64,000 nt of DNA, taken from Octopus sinensis. Lineage: Eukaryota. Made by a program: the position numbers and the translations under genes. Position 1 is the first letter of the stretch. Every line of letters begins with the position of its first letter. Below are positions 1 to 13,376 of this stretch, in pieces. A model generated the notes under the pieces. The model made no database searches, was not told the DNA's origin, and saw only the letters and a list, made by a program, of their open reading frames with translations. The stretch lies in assembly GCF_006345805.1 (NCBI RefSeq), contig NC_043011.1:8742001-8806000 (forward strand), given 5' to 3'.

Positions 1-36
1 TACCAGTTACACACTGGGGTCAATGTAATTGACTTA

Positions 37-367
37 GTTAGTTAGTTAGTTAATTTTTTGGCTCAAAAAGCAAAAAGCAAGGCCATGTAGGGGGACATGG
101 AGTTATGTACAGGGTGGTGTTCATGTAAAGAGTTCAGGTCACTTGTGGTCAAGAGAGACTTTGAACCGGGCGGTCATCGGCATCTTCACCATCTTGTCCA
201 GCAGCTTATTCCATGGATCCGCAACCCGGACAGAGAAAGCCCCTCTCCTTTGATTGAGATGAAATCGTCGTAGATAGAGCTTTTCGGAGTGACCCCGCAG
301 CCAACGCTCTGGAGCAGGAGTGAAGAACAGCTCCTTCGAGAGGTTACACTTTCCACTTATGATGTTG
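37..367 (-). mobile_element. 5'-truncated CR1/L2-clade LINE 3' end with (CTAA)n tail, inserted inside a SINE
   Basis: Minus-strand translation ...LRGHSEKLYLRRFHLNQRRGAFSVRVADPWNKL... matches the RGH..KL...R..FS.RV...WN.L C-terminus of CR1/L2 ORF2. (TTAG)n at ~34-52 is the tail. SINE halves lie at 1-36 and 368-433. Confidence 0.75.
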
Positions 368-465
368 CCCTTTGTCTGTCCTTTTTTTTTTATCCCCTCT
401 ATGTTTAGCCCCTTGTGGGCAATGAAGAAATAACAAACAGATACATACACACACACACACACCCA

Positions 466-507
<42 letters not shown>

Positions 508-521
508 ACACACACACACAC

Positions 522-555
<34 letters not shown>

Positions 556-794
556 GCCTACCTGATTGCATGTGTGTGTGTGTGTTTTCTGGGTGAAGGG
601 CTTCATTCACTTTCCCTCTCTTTTTCATTTAGACTAGTGTCTATTATACTGCATTCAGCTATTAGTGGACATAGAGAGCATGTGTATGTTAAAGGTTCTG
701 GGACCCCCCCCCCACCTTGATGGTCCCTGCTCTTAACAGGGAGACACACAGCCATCATCAGTGTAGTCTAAAAAGGCTTTAGGCTTTGTACCGC

Positions 795-1397
795 ATCATG
801 ATGATCATCATAATAACCATCATCACAACCAGCATCATCATCATCATCATCATCATTGATACTCATCATCTTATGATTGTAGTTGTTGTCTTCATCGCCA
901 ACCACCATCCTCCACCACCACCACCACCACCATCCTCCACCACCACCATCTTCCACCACCATCATCTTCCACCACCACCATCTTCCACCAACACCATCCT
1001 CCACCAATACCACCACTACCATCTTCATGAGCTTCAGCATCACCACCATCACCACAATCATCATCATGACAATCATCATTATCCTCATCATTACTATTTT
1101 TTAATCATCATCATCACCACCACCACCACCATTCTATTTTTCTTCCAATATAGACGAGCAGTATCAATACAGTTGTGATGTTTTGTTGTTGATGCCCTTA
1201 CCATCTTTTTATTTTGTTACTGTTTGACCTTCCAGCTGCCAAATGCTATCACCACCACCACCACCACACCACCACCACCACCGCCACCACCACCACCACC
1301 ACCACCACCACCGCCACCACCACCACCACCGCCACCACCACCATCGCCATCATAACCATCATTGCCATCATCATTGTCACCAGCATCATAATCATTT
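795..1397. repeat. (CAT/CAC)n trinucleotide microsatellite complex
   Basis: Direct inspection; explains the poly-H/I/P/T ORFs. Confidence 0.95.
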
Positions 1398-1513
1398 AAC
1401 GCCTAACAAGAAAGCCACCAAAGACTTTTTGCAACTATATTCCATTTAGAAAATTGTGAAAAAACAAATTTACATTTATACATTTGTTGTCTTGTATTAT
1501 AAACATTAATGCA

Positions 1514-1610
<97 letters not shown>

Positions 1611-1611
1611 A

Positions 1612-1674
<63 letters not shown>

Positions 1675-1745
1675 ACTATCTATCTATCTATCTATCTAAC
1701 TATCTATCTATCTCTATATCTATCTATCTATCTATCTATCTAGTT
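1514..1745. repeat. (TCTA)n microsatellite
   Basis: Direct inspection. Confidence 0.97.
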
Positions 1746-1903
1746 AACTAGCTAACTAGATATTTGGCTGTGTATCTATATCTATTTATATATCTATATA
1801 TACATATATATGTCTGTCTATCTCTCCATAGCTATCAAACTCTACAACACACACTTACATGGATAGGTGTTTGTATGTGTGTATGTGCTGATATATATAT
1901 ATA

Positions 1904-1945
<42 letters not shown>

Positions 1946-2569
1946 TATATTACACCCACACACACATATAGATGTATATATGCACACATTCGCACATTAC
2001 ATACTCACACACACACTTAGACATATGTAGTTAAGTGCAGGTTACATACTGGATGTGGTGGGACTATGAAATGGGATTAAAACTCTAATGAGTAAAAATC
2101 AAAATATTTCATTAACGTTAATGAAAATTCTCCACACAAGGGACAAGGGAGAATACTCGCACAATTGCAACTGCTCCCAAAACAAATTCAAATTATGTCA
2201 AGAACAGAATTGTGAGTACGATCTATGGTAGATGTCTGGGGTTAACACCGGACCGATTAAGGGTTATGTGAACTCCCAACAAAGGATAATCGACACAAAG
2301 CTATCTTTCAGAATTTTTAGTTTTGATGTGTAAGAGATTCATCAATAAGATGTGATAGTGAGTCAAAAAAGGCTAGGGGTGCCTTCTGTATTAAGAATAT
2401 ATAGTTAAGTGCACGCCACTGAACTTGATATAGTGGCAAGCTGAAAGTAGTTAGTGGAGTGACAGAGTTGTTAGAGTGCCAGACAAGATGTCTCTGCATT
2501 TATTTTAACACTCAGTGCAGTGAGTTCAAATCCAGTTGAGGTCAGTTTTGACTTTCATCCTTCACTTAC

Positions 2570-3120
2570 TTAAATACTTTGTTCCCTGTGAAGGTAGGGG
2601 AAGGCATGGATGGCTTTTCTCCCCTGGTCTCAAATCTGGGTTGTTGTTTCTGCTTCTGTCTAATTAGATCCCTGCTTTATTTCTTTATTTATTTCTTTCA
2701 GTGTCTGTCTGTCTGTCCTGCGTCCAACTATTTTTAGGGTGTCCTCTTTTTCCACTGCTTTTATAGATTCCAGGTCAGAACCTGATATATTCCCCTGGGG
2801 GTCAGAAGGGGGAGTTGGTCTTTTCAGTTTCCTTTCAAGCCATGCTGCTACACCACATCACATGTTTTCTGCTGAAAGAAGGCCTTCTTTTCCCAGGTCT
2901 TGAACTGGCATCAATGTTTCTGTGACCATTTCTTTAAAGGTTGGCTTTATGTGAATGCATTGTTACCATTGAGAAGAGGTGTTTTCATGTTAGTCGGACC
3001 TTTATCTTTTGACTGGTCCAGCATGGGAGGCCCTTACTAGGAGCTTGCATTCCACTGGAACAGCTCTCAGAGTCACTGGGGCACACAAATCACCATACCA
3101 CAAGAATTTGACCACTTTTT
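2570..3120 (-). mobile_element. Decayed, internally deleted RTE-like LINE (5' UTR plus extreme 3' end)
   Basis: Minus strand reads gtgccccagtgactctgagagct...gctcctagtaagggcctcccatgctggaccagtc, resembling 5' UTRs of RTE/Expander-type elements. Recognised from memory only. Confidence 0.4.
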
Positions 3121-4618
3121 GGTGGGCAAGGATGGAGGTTCATGAACAAATTCCAATTCAGGGCAGTGAATTGGTGGAATGACAAGAGTGTAAAACCAGG
3201 TGCCTTGTGGTATTTGTCCTGGTTCCTTGTTTCCTGATTTCAAATCCTACCATAGCTTGTCTGGATTGTAGATTTGATCAGTTGTCTGGCCCAACCTCAC
3301 CCCTTGGGTACATCGAGTACCTTCAGTAGAGTCCGCCCTGTTGCAAGCATTCATGCCAGGTCAACTGGTTTGATGATGCCTTTCTCCATCTTTCTCAAAA
3401 GTCTCAGAGACCTTGCAAAGTGTTACGGGCCTTGTCTTCCCTCCTAATTAACGGATAACAAAAACTAATCAATTTAAACTATAAGGGAAGTAACAAGGAA
3501 TTTTTGTTCACATTGAAACTATTCACAAAGTCAGTTTATTATCACCGAGGAGTTTTGTAGTGAAGAGACCACAATAAGGCACAAACATGTCTGGAGCCAT
3601 CACTAAATAGTTGCCCATGTCCAGTTTGAAATTCAGTGAGAGTTGATGCCTGCTGGTAAAATATTGGAGGGACATGAGAAATTTTTGATCTAAAAAGCAC
3701 ATTAATACACACACACATATACATACATACACACATACATACATATATACGTATAGGGATATATATATATACAGGCATACATATGTAATATATACATATA
3801 CACATACATATATACATGCTTATATAAATATATACATATTCACATAGATATATATACATACATAAATATATATATATATATATACATATATACACAAACA
3901 TATACACATACATAGAAACATACATACATACAGATCGACAGACTTACAGACATTCGCACATATGCACACACACATATATATGTACGTATGTATGTATGTA
4001 TAAGTAAATATGTATAAAACACATACATGCAAATATTCACAAAGAAACAAACTGAAAATGTAGATATGCCTTCTAACAACAAAATATAACCAAACATTTC
4101 TCCATATATATAAAATGGTGTGATGTAGAGACATTCATTCATCTCCTAGTGAACCTAGTGTGCAACAATCCATGTGATATTTAATGTTTTTCTTTTCTGT
4201 CATGGTTCTGCCTTCTGATTTTGTTTCTTATCTATGATACCGTTGTATATAACTATAATTATGGACTGTATATAATTTAAATATATGGTTTAGATATATG
4301 TGTATATAATTACTAGATGTAAAGCTTAAATAAATAATGAAAAGGGCTAGAGTTCCCTGCCCTTGCAAGGCACATAAAAGACTCTATTCAGCAGATGATC
4401 AATATATGTGTATATGTATGTGTATGTATATATATATATATATATATTTACACACACACACACACGCACGCACACACACATGCACACACACACACACATA
4501 CAGAGAAAGAGGTGTAGAGAGATATCCTAAGTATGAATGTATGTATATATATATATATATATATATGGAAAAAAAAGTCAAGATAGAAAATGCTAAAATA
4601 ATTCTATAAAGAACATTT

Positions 4619-4656
4619 CAGTACCGGTTTCAGTCATTTTGAGACCTTTTCAACTG
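4619..4656 (-). ncRNA. Minimal type I hammerhead ribozyme, U3-A8 core variant
   Basis: Minus strand: CAG UUGAAAA GGUC-UCAAAAU-GACU GAAA CCGG UA CUG. Stem I CAG/CUG, 4-bp stem II, palindromic stem III ACCGGU, GUA triplet. Confidence 0.75.
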
Positions 4657-4765
4657 TAACAATTAAACAATTAAATTTAGAAAAATTAAAAGAAAAGTTT
4701 TTTTTAAAGAATTGTTGTATACTGTTCAAATATAAGTGGCATTTTCCTTATATGTATATATGTAA

Positions 4766-4839
<74 letters not shown>

Positions 4840-5380
4840 TATTTATACAGTCGGAGATATACCATACATACACATCTCTCTCTCTCACACACACATGCAC
4901 ACACTCACACATACATATGTAGCTATGCACGTGGATAAATCAGGTAGATACACTGATAGACAAACAGACATAGAGATAGCTAAATAGATTGATAGACTAA
5001 TAGATAGACAGCTGATGTATATATATATATATATATATATGGTTATTTAACATTATTAAATATTTAGGAAGCATTAGATAGCAATAAATTTTATACAACT
5101 TATACATACATGCAAACAATATGTGTCTGAGTGTGGGTGTGTATGTCCATATATATGCGTGTATGTTTGTGTGTGTATTATATATATATATACTATATAT
5201 ATATATATATACATACATATATATACACGTGCATATAAATATATAGATATATATATAATGTTTTCAATAATATATATATATATATATATACACATACATA
5301 CACAAGGTGTGTTCCAGAAGTTTTGAAATTTTTTCAGAAGATATATTTGTTAATTCCAAATGAGTACAAAACTCTAATCA

Positions 5381-5437
<57 letters not shown>

Positions 5438-5694
5438 CGATGGGCTTCTTTCAGTTTCCGTCAACCAAATCCGTTCACAAGACTTTGGTCGGCCCGTCGC
5501 TATCGCATAAGATGCTTGCCCAAGGTGTCGCGCAGTGGGAGTGAACCTGGAACCATGTGGTTGGAAAGCAGGCTTCTTACCACACTGCCACATCTGTGCC
5601 TGTCAGATTGTTAGATGTCTTGTAATGATAGGCTAAAGTTGCAATAACCCAAGAATCTTCTCCCCAAAATTTCAAATGCTTCTGGGATGCACCT

Positions 5695-5749
<55 letters not shown>

Positions 5750-6339
5750 TATTAGTAAAACATTTATTCTTCTAAATATTGATTTAGCCCTAGAATTTCT
5801 GAGAAATGTTTCCAAAGTATTGAAGTAGCAAAACACTAAATTATGTGTTGATAGTGTAATATTTAGCAGAGTGACCTAGTGAGTAGAAGATGCATGGTTC
5901 AAATAGCATTCAAGACAACATTTATATTTTAGAAATTGTAAATACATACATATGTACACATATATATTTTTGAGTGTGAGTATATATACACACACACACG
6001 CAAATATACATACACATGTATACATAAATTTACAAATAATTTTGTTTATGTATAATACATATATATACATACATATATTTACACATATATGTGTATAAAT
6101 ATATTTACATACATATATAATGTAAATATATATATATATATATATATGTGCACTTATACACTAATATGTGTGTCTGTGTGTATGTATATATATATATGCA
6201 CGTATTAATTTACACTCACTGACATATACACACACACACATGTACATATAAATATACATACACACCTAACTTTGTAACAAACTAGTAAAGAGTTTTCATA
6301 TCTGTGATTATTTGTACTTAAAAAGAAACACACTTTCAT

Positions 6340-6573
6340 GCATATATATATATATACATATATATATGTATATATATGTGTATATATATATGTGTATATA
6401 TATATATGTGTATATATATATGTATATATATGTGTGTGTATATATATGTATATATATATATATTATACACGTATATATGTATATATGTATATATTATGTA
6501 TATATATATATATACGTATATATATGTATATATATGTGTATCTGTATATGTATATATATGCATATTATATATA

Positions 6574-6649
<76 letters not shown>

Positions 6650-6720
6650 TAGAGTATATGTATATATATATGTGTGTATATTTATATATATAGTATATAT
6701 ATATACATATATATTTATGC
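6340..6720. repeat. (TA)n-rich microsatellite
   Basis: Direct inspection. Confidence 0.95.
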
Positions 6721-7489
6721 GTAAATAGTTTTATAGTCCATAGAGTATCGAAGTTTTCCCAATCTAACTTTTAGGATGGACATCAAACAGAAACCAAAAA
6801 TGACGAAACCTAATTGCATCCTGTGTTTATATCTGTGTTCATCAGTCAGGTGATCTGTGTAATTATTGAAGAATCCCACATGTATTCATGTCTAATATGA
6901 CCACATGGAACCACATGTAAAAGTTAATAAGAAATATAATGCTGTAAGAAGGTAAATAAATAAATAAATCTATGTATTTGAATTTTGCGTTTGTTTGCTT
7001 CTTTGTTCTTGTTGTTTTTGCAATAAAAAACACAACCGAAAATGGAACGTCGGCAGCCCTTTTGCCCACAAGTGTATGTGTCTGTTCATTTATTTATTCC
7101 TTTGTGGTTTCTTTCTCGTTTGAGTTTAGAATAAATTTCGACCAACCACCTACTTGACAGAAAAAAGTTGTGAAAGAATTTGATTTAACGTAGGAGCAAC
7201 GTGAAATAAAATGCTTAGGGGTGGCTGTGTGGTAAGTAGCTTGCTTACTAACCACATGGTTCCAAGTTCAGTCCCACTGTGTGGCACCTTGGGTAAGTGT
7301 CTTCTATAGCCTCAGGCCGACCAAAGCCTTGTGAGTGGCTTTGGTAGACAGAAACTGAAAGAAGCCCGTCATACATATGCGTATATATTGAGAGAGATAC
7401 AAATGACAATCTAATAATCTTTTTATATTATAACATAATATACTATGAATATAATATAATATAACAAACAATTACTTGAAAACCAAAAA

Positions 7490-7571
7490 CGCCAACAGTG
7501 TGATTCGACTTATAAACATTTTTTGATATATAAACTATTCAATTCCTCTATATATAAGTCTCATCAGGGCA
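7490..7571 (-). ncRNA. Type I hammerhead ribozyme motif with A15.1->U substitution (probably inactive)
   Basis: Minus strand: UGCC CUGAUGA GACUUAUA..(38 nt)..UAUAAGUC GAAU CACACUG UU GGCG. 8-bp stem II, 4-bp stem I. Confidence 0.65.
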
Positions 7572-9574
7572 ATTGTTGTGTGGATAGACGAAATTCTGTG
7601 TGAAAGATTTGCTGGATTATAACAAAATTAATTCAAATGCTTATGTAGTATGAGCGTGAGCGTTAGCCATTCAACTACATATCAATTACATTAAAAAGGA
7701 AGAAACAACAAAATTATAACAGACAAAATAATTAATTAAGTAGAATCTCCAACTATAGAAATATATTTCTATATATCTCAAATAATATCAATCCAGTCAT
7801 ATCAAGCAAATCGACCCAGGACTTATTCTTCATAAGCCTAGTACTTATTCTATCAGTCTCTTTTGTGGAACCTCTTAATTACGGGGATGCAAACACACCA
7901 GCATTGGTTGTCAAGCGATGTTGGGGGGACAAACACAGACACACGAACATATACACACACGCACATATATATATGTGTGGCACCTTAGGTTAGTGTCTTC
8001 TGCCGTAGTCCCAGACCAACCAAAGCCTTGTAGGTGGATTTGGTAGATGGAAACTAAAAGAAGCCCATCGTGTATGTGTGTTTATGTGTGTGTGAATGTT
8101 TGTTCCTCCCCCACTGCTCAACAACCAGTGTTGGAGTGTTTACATTGCTGTAATGTAGCGGTTCGGCAAAAAGAGACCGACAGAATAAGTACAAGGTTTA
8201 GTAAAATATAAGTTCTAGGGTCGATTCATTAAACTAAAAATTCTTCAAGATGGTGCCCCAGCATGGCCGCAGTCTAATGACTGAAACAAGTAAAAGATAA
8301 ACAAACATACATACATGCATACACACACACACAGTCGCCTATATAAACATATATGAACGCATGTGAAAAACAGGCTCATTCGGTTTTGTAGGTGGGATTT
8401 GGGGGATGCAAATAGCAAACAGGATGAACGGGTTTCTCTGTGAAGGGCAGGAACCAGATGCAGCACAAAGTATGGTGGTAACTATGAATGAAATGTGTAG
8501 GCTGTGTGTATATTATTCCCTAGTTCAAAAAAGGACATGGCCATGTTACCATAACGAAGTTTCTCGCTTTTTAACTTCAGATAAACGCCTGGATCATGTG
8601 AGATTTTTTTTAAATGATCTTTTTTTCTGCCAAGCAAATTCTACATCACCAACTTCTGTTAAGGTATGTGTATCATCAAACTCCAGATGATGTCGTACGA
8701 TGTTGCTCCCTCCTTTTGTTGCCATATTTATAAACTTCTACCGAAAATTAATGCAAGTTTCATCCTTAGCATGCGAAACTACATCAGTGTAGAAAATTCG
8801 AAACAAAATTCGATGTATAAAGGATTTTAAAAAAGATCCTGCCACCCACTGTTACCATCATCATTCATAAGACTTTTGGAATATTTCAAAACATTTTCTT
8901 GGTGCAATTCTGAGTCGTTTTGGGATCTTTCTTGCTAAAACCTTTTCTGAAATGAAATTTGCTATGGAAGGTTACAGAATCACAACTAATTTGCGTACTA
9001 TTTAATACCCATCAATAGTAAGCATCTGATTATCATAACAGTTGCAGACTCTCAATGTTGTCTTCAGCCTGAGACAATGTCGGACGTCCGGATTCTTCAC
9101 GATACGTGGACACCATTTGCGACTATTTTTGAATATTTCAATACATTCGTAGACAAACTTCTACCCCTGATATACCTTAACTCTACAGAAAACAGATCAA
9201 TTAACAAAGGTCGTTGTTGAATCATACAGAAAGTTGTGCAACAATTGCTTAATGTAACGACTGCAACTTAATAAGTGTTTCAAGTTCATACATGTTCTAT
9301 AGTGACGAGAGAAAATGTGATAGTGGAGAGAGATAGACTATGTCTAGCGATGCGCAGGCAATTTTCCCACCAATATATATAAAAAAAAACCTCTTAAGTG
9401 TAGTACACAAAATCAATAAAGCCCCTATTTAAGTCTCACACTGTTTCATTGATTTATCTCTAGTAACAAAACCTAAATACCCAAATAGCCTTGTTGCAAA
9501 CAGCGGCTGTTTTCGGGGAATGTTGCAACATCTGAAGTTCGTTTTCTGCTCACTTTTATATTTTAACTTTATAT

Positions 9575-9969
9575 CTTTTACTTATTTTAATCATTAGATT
9601 GCGGCAATGCTGGGGCATCCCCTTGAAGAATTTTTAGCTGAATAAATCGACCCCCATCCCACTCTAGTACTTTATTTTAAAGCCTGGTACTTATTCTATC
9701 GGTATCTTTTCGCTGAACCGCTAAGTTATGAGGACGGAACAACATGAACACCAGTTGTCAAGCTGTAGTGGGACAAACACACACACACACACACTATATA
9801 CATATAATGGACTTCTTCTAGTTTCTGCCTGCCAAATCCACTCACAAAGATTTGGCCAGCCTGAGGTTATAATGGAAAGACACTTGTCCAAGGTGCCACG
9901 CAGTGAGATTGAACCCAGAACTATGGGGTTGGGAAGCAAGCTTCTTACCACACAGCCATGCCTGCGCCT
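9575..9969 (-). mobile_element. SINE family A copy (tRNA-like head, internal microsatellite)
   Basis: Reverse complement of the element at 30343-30742. Confidence 0.85.
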
Positions 9970-9989
9970 GGTGATTATTTCTTTCTTTT

Positions 9990-12050
9990 TGTAACGTTTT
10001 GTTTGATTGTCAGTCTATAGACGTTGTTTGCGTGTTTGTTTTATGTATGTAGTGTTTCATGTTGTTAGATGTTGTGTATGATAGTTTCACTGTAAGCCTA
10101 TTGAATATACAATGGTATTTATGTGTTGTAGCAAATCACCTATTTAATGCTGCAAGGAATTGCTTTCCTTTCTTGGATGATATTTGTAGTCCAAAAACTG
10201 GATCATAGCATAGGACATCTGAATTTTTGTATCATTTGTTTGGTTCCTTCAGCTTATTTTGCACATTGTTGTCATTTTGTGTGTCCACTTTCTTATTGTT
10301 ATTCTTGTGGATTATGTCTATTTTCCTCCTATCATTCTCTTGTTTCCTGAGTTTTTGTGTTGTTATACCTATGCGCTTGTTGTTGTTTTTTGCGTTTCGT
10401 GTGTATTCTACCTTAGGATCATTGACAGAGTGGCTAACCGGCTTCCGTGCCAGTGGCACTTAAAAGGCACCATTCGAGCGTGGTCGTTACCAGCGTCACC
10501 TTACTGGCACTTGAGCCCCGCGCTAGTAGGGTGCTAAGAGCACCATCTGAGTGTGATCGTTGCCAGAGCGGCTAACTGGCTTCCATGCCGGTGGCACGTA
10601 AAAGACACAAATCGAGCGTGATCGTTACCAGCATTGCCTTACTGGTACCTGTGCCGGTGGCATGTGTTAAAGATTCGAGGTCGTTGCCAGTACCGCCTGA
10701 CTGGCCCCGTGCCGGTGGCCCGTAAAAGCACCTACTACACTCTCGGAGTGGTTGGCGTTAGGAAGGACCTCCAGTTGTAGAAACTGCCAGATCAAGATTG
10801 AAGCCTGGTGCAGCCATCTGGTTCGCCAGCCCTCAGTCAATCGTCCAACCCATGCTAGCATGGAAAGCGGACGTTAAACGATGATGATGATGATGATGTG
10901 TGCGTGTTAGTGCTATTTGAGGTTTCGTTAGGTGCGAATTCGACTTTTTCTTTATACCTGACCCTAGCTAGTGCTTCCTTGAAGTATTGTGCATGTATGC
11001 TGGATATTGTGTCAGTGGTTGATAGTCATGATATTCTGGTGGCTGTGTTCCTAACTATTCCTTTGATTATGGATGGTTTGTGGCATGGTTCGTACAGGTC
11101 TGTTTCCAAGTTAAAAGTTGTATCTAGGATGTTTTTCTTATGGTAATTACAGTCTACGATTATAGAGAGGCTGAAATTTCTAAATAATTTATGGAGTCTT
11201 TTTTCTATATATTTCTATTTCGACTTTAGTACAGATTTTGATTAGGAAAAGGGCATCGTCCCTGTGTAGCCCCTCCCCACCAATATTTGTGGGAATTCAG
11301 ATTTGATGTGGAATAAGAGGTAGATTCCAATGATATCCGTTACCTGAGCTGAGTCAGTCGATCCCATTGTTATATCAAAAGAATTAGGTCTATCGGATCT
11401 CGTCCATAACTTGCTGTCGTAATTAATAACTGTTTGACAAGCCGTTAACATTTTGTCTTCATCTGACTTAGATAAGCTATAATTTTTCATTGCGAATATC
11501 AATGCTTTATTTAATATTATAGGGTTAATTGTGGAGTAGTAGTAGTAGTAGTTCTCTGTATCAAATTGTATAAATTTGGAGTTGTTTTGTTTTTTCCGTT
11601 TTCATAAACCATCCTATAACCCCTGAGTGTTCGACCATAAGCAAAGTCCATTCTTAGTTTTTAGTTCGGGCATTATTTTATCTTTGATGTTTTTACTTCT
11701 ATGTCCAATTTCGATCGACATATCATTTTACTTTAGGGTCACTATTGAAGTTATTTTCGTGGTCCTTGAGGTTTATCCTAGGTTTTCTTGGAGCATATGG
11801 TTCAGTCCTATCGTCCATCTCCAGGGTTTTTACTATTACCAATCCTTTGTTGCTTGTTTTAAGGGGTTGCTGGTTGAGCATTTTGTATTTGCTAAGCATT
11901 TCATTTTTGACTAAACTGAGGAGACACAACTAGATCTCATTATGCAAACAAACTGTTGCATAATCAAATACATGTATTCTTGGAGAACTACGGTGCGTCG
12001 AAACAATTGTAGCGAATAATAAATGCCCGACTGCACTCCTTGACTCCATT
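9990..12050 (-). mobile_element. Decayed Penelope-like retroelement (RT and thumb/linker), split by a short repeat at 10427-10897
   Basis: Collinear minus-strand peptides across stops and frameshifts: INLKDHENNF, FIQFDTENY..STI, FDITMGSTDSAQVTDIIGIYLL, GLHRDDAL (RT YxDD), NILDTTFNL..DLYEPCHKP, GKQFL...HCIFNRLTVKLSY. These match the FDVTMGS..GAE / GLYRDD / KIFNRNTVK.SY pattern of invertebrate PLEs. Confidence 0.85.
10427..10897 (+). mobile_element. RTE 3'-UTR-derived short element with (GAT)n tail
   Basis: Repeats of gtggcacgtaaaa, then ccaacccatgctagcatggaaagcggacgttaaacgatgatgat; same body as the LINE 3' end at ~49400-49765. Confidence 0.85.
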
Positions 12051-12793
12051 TTCTCCATTTATATGTGTGTGTGTCTGTCTGTTTGCCCTCCACCCCCACT
12101 AACGCGTGACAACCGATGTTGGTGTGTTTACGTCCCCGTAATTTAGCGGTTTGGCAAAAGAGACCGATGGAAGAAATACTAGGCTTACAAAGAATAAGTC
12201 CTGGGATCAATTTATTCGACTAAAAGGCGGTGCCCCAGCATAGCCGTAGTCAAATGCCTGAAACAATATTAAAAGAATAAAAGAATATATATATGTGTGT
12301 GTGTGGTGTGTTGTGTATATGCAAGTATATAGATATGGATGTGTGTGTATATGTATGAATATGTGTGTGTGTATGCGCGTGCGTAGACAGACAGCTGACA
12401 GATACACAGAAGCAACACTACAAATCCAGCCACATGTGTCTTCGTTCCCCCATCCCGCCGACAACATCAATCATCTTCGCATCAGCTGCTAATTTTGGCT
12501 GCCGGGGTTTGTCTCTGACCTCAATTTAGTTTCTAAAAGTACATTCGTGTGTTTAGGGTGGGGGAGGTGGACGTAAAGACTACCCAGATTCTTATACAGA
12601 TAAAGCATTTTTTTTAAGTGGCGGTGTGAACGAAACCATAATAAACCATAATAATAATAACAACCATTTTATGAAGTAAATAAGAACGAGCCCCCGGGTG
12701 TTGAAAAACGTATAATTTTGTTTTTTCAGTAAAAGCATGTCAACATAAGATTTTGCATATTTATTTTAATATACAAATTAACTTTTCTAGAAA

Positions 12794-12927
12794 TGGCGTA
12801 CCTTCGGCATCGGTCTACAGTGTCGACGTCATTCACTCTCTTTTTCAGTTTAACTTTTTTTTATCTATGCCATGAGTGAAGGTTGGGTGGGTGAATGACG
12901 TCGTGTACCAATACCGAAGGATTGCCA
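12794..12927. repeat. Imperfect inverted repeat, MITE-like
   Basis: tggc..ccttcgg.at.ggt..ac...cgacgtcattcac at 12794-12836 is mirrored at 12891-12927. Confidence 0.6.
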
Positions 12928-13330
12928 ATAAACTAACTACTGAGGTTCTAAATAAATGGTGTATTCACCAACTCATTCTATTGTAGCCTCGAGCAAATCA
13001 AGGCTTTGTGAATAGATTTGGCGGACGGAAACTGAAAGAATCCCATCGCACGCGGGTGTGCGTGTACAGAGAGGGAGAGGGGGAGAGTGGTGAGTTGGTA
13101 AAATCGTTCATACCGGACAAAATGCTTAATATATTTCTTCTGGATCTTTACTTTCAGAGTTTAAATTTCGCCTTTCATCTTTTCGGGGGGAGGGGGTGGG
13201 TCGATAAAATAAGCACTAGTCGAGCACTGGAATCGCTGTAATCGACTTCAGCTATCCACTAAAATTGCTAGAATATGGAGACGTAAACAAACCAACAACG
13301 GCTGGAAACAAACAGATACAAAGACACACA

Positions 13331-13374
<44 letters not shown>

Positions 13375-13376
<2 letters not shown>

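Noticed and set aside
344-6728. Many ORFs rich in CV, HT, YI, LSIY or poly-H/T (also 42926-43701 and elsewhere)
   Set aside because: Translations of (CA)n, (TA)n, (TCTA)n and (CAC)n microsatellites.
6835-6855. CUGAUGA on the minus strand; similar partial cores near 21270, 30850 and 56310
   Set aside because: No matching stem II, GAAA and stem I combination.
10137-10139. In-frame TGA in the PLE relic as possible selenocysteine
   Set aside because: The element has other stops and frameshifts, another TGA fits CGA->TGA decay, and I see no SECIS.
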